From: Entomortierella parvispora E1425
Taxonomy: Eukaryota > Fungi > Mortierellomycota
Assembly: GCA_020891255.1 (NCBI GenBank)
Contig: BQFW01000006.1
Coordinates: 2,294,001-2,358,000, forward strand
Length of the DNA stretch: 64,000 nt
Direction: 5' to 3'
The position numbers and the translations under genes are program-made. Below, in pieces: positions 62,990 to 64,000 of this stretch. The notes beneath the pieces were generated by a model, which worked only from the letters and a program-made list of their open reading frames with translations, was not told the DNA's origin and ran no database searches. Within the stretch, counting starts at the first letter, position 1. Every line of letters begins with the position of its first letter.

Positions 62990-63358
62990 ATGAAGTTCCT
63001 CGCCGCTGCTCTTGCCTTGGTTGCTGCCGCCTCTGCCAGCATTGTCGCTCGTGATCTGCCATTCATCAAGACTCTGGCTGAACCCACCAACTATGTGGAC
63101 TACCAGAAGCCGTACTCAGTCAATGGCTATTCCCGTTGCGAATTTAACAATGGAACCAAGACCAATATCAAAGACTTTCAAAAGATTGCAGGCTCTCGCT
63201 GGGAGTGCACAGTGGGACCTAGTCCCCGCTACAACTTCTGCACGGTCAAGTCCAATGTTCATGACTTGACCACTGTCGAGTTTGTCAAGGTCACGGCCGC
63301 TTTGTGCACAAAGTACAATGGTTTCTTGATGATTGATCAAGGTCCTTCCACCGCTTAG
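62990..63358 (+). CDS. Small secreted protein (122 aa, 4 Cys), unknown family
   Basis: Signal peptide MKFLAAALALVAAASA, short pro-like segment SIVAR, C-ending codon bias, TATA box, good Kozak context (AAACATG). Confidence 0.88.
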   Translation: MKFLAAALALVAAASASIVARDLPFIKTLAEPTNYVDYQKPYSVNGYSRCEFNNGTKTNIKDFQKIAGSRWECTVGPSPRYNFCTVKSNVHDLTTVEFVKVTAALCTKYNGFLMIDQGPSTA

Positions 63359-64000
63359 AATTTACCGAGTCTCGACTCTCTTGGACTCTTGATTCCAATT
63401 GAAGAGGATTAAAGTCAAAGTGAAATAAACTACCCGTCAGTATTGCCAAGAGTAAATCACTCTTTTCATTCTACAATTGTACCTTTTTTTGAGAGAGAGA
63501 GAGAGAGTGAGAGAGAAAGGAAAGGGAACATCCAACATGTACCTACCCGTGGCCGTGGGTATTGTAGGGTATGGATCTTCCCGATGGTGTGTGAATCTCT
63601 AATCATATCATCCCGTCGTTAAATAAACGTGCACCTGTCCCATCGCGATGGAGCTCTCAAAAGCGAGAATAGAGCGCATCGCGTAAAGGGCTGTGGTATC
63701 ACAAAGAAGGATCGCAAAACAAAAGTGTCTTTGCAGCGGTTTCGGCCCATGTCGGCCACTGTTTTGAACAAAAAAAAAGGGGGCAAACTGTCCTGCTGCC
63801 GGAAGAGGAAGTTTTTGCTCATGTTCAAACTATCTGTGGGCCAACGAGGACTCCTCTTGGTTGACTCGAGTTCGAGAGCAATTGAGGTTGTTTGTCCTTT
63901 TGCCACCACAACAAAAGCCCAGGCTCTGAACGTCCAGTCCCTGGACAGCAGTCGAAACCGTAAGTGGGTATCAAAGAGCAGTTTTTTTGTTCCCTGGATT

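Overview
Gene-dense eukaryotic (fungal) nuclear DNA. Short GT-AG introns with CTRAC branch points, long poly(T)/poly(A) tracts, polyQ transcription factors and the gene content suggest an early-diverging fungus, probably Mortierellaceae-like (inference). About 21 protein-coding genes can be reconstructed. Left to right: SRSF4/5/6-like SR protein (truncated by the left edge), SRP54, a ~1,200-aa bromodomain + unknown domain + atypical kinase fusion, a membrane/surface protein, an F-box-like protein, an RRM-only PPIE/Cyp33 homologue, a sphingomyelin-synthase-family enzyme, anoctamin/TMEM16, a Myb-like + WD40 DCAF (Raf1/DIM-9-like), a MEF2-type MADS factor, FKBP25, Trm140/METTL2, mitochondrial RRF, proteasome beta5, an orphan ORF, MCM6, a polyporopepsin-like secreted protease, a disordered orphan, ZNG1, NELF-C/D, an Msn2/Seb1-like zinc finger, an ~8.2-kb gene-free stretch and a small secreted 4-Cys protein. 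I recognised no tRNA, rRNA, CRISPR array or transposon. Most noteworthy: (i) the bromodomain-kinase fusion with non-canonical catalytic motifs; (ii) a clear NELF-C/D orthologue plus other animal-type genes not known from model yeasts (FKBP25 with BTHB domain, SMS-family enzyme, PPIE RRM); (iii) a candidate poison exon in the SR gene at the same intron position as in SRSF5; (iv) a consensus MEF2 site upstream of the MEF2 gene. All homology calls are by-eye motif recognition and need database confirmation.
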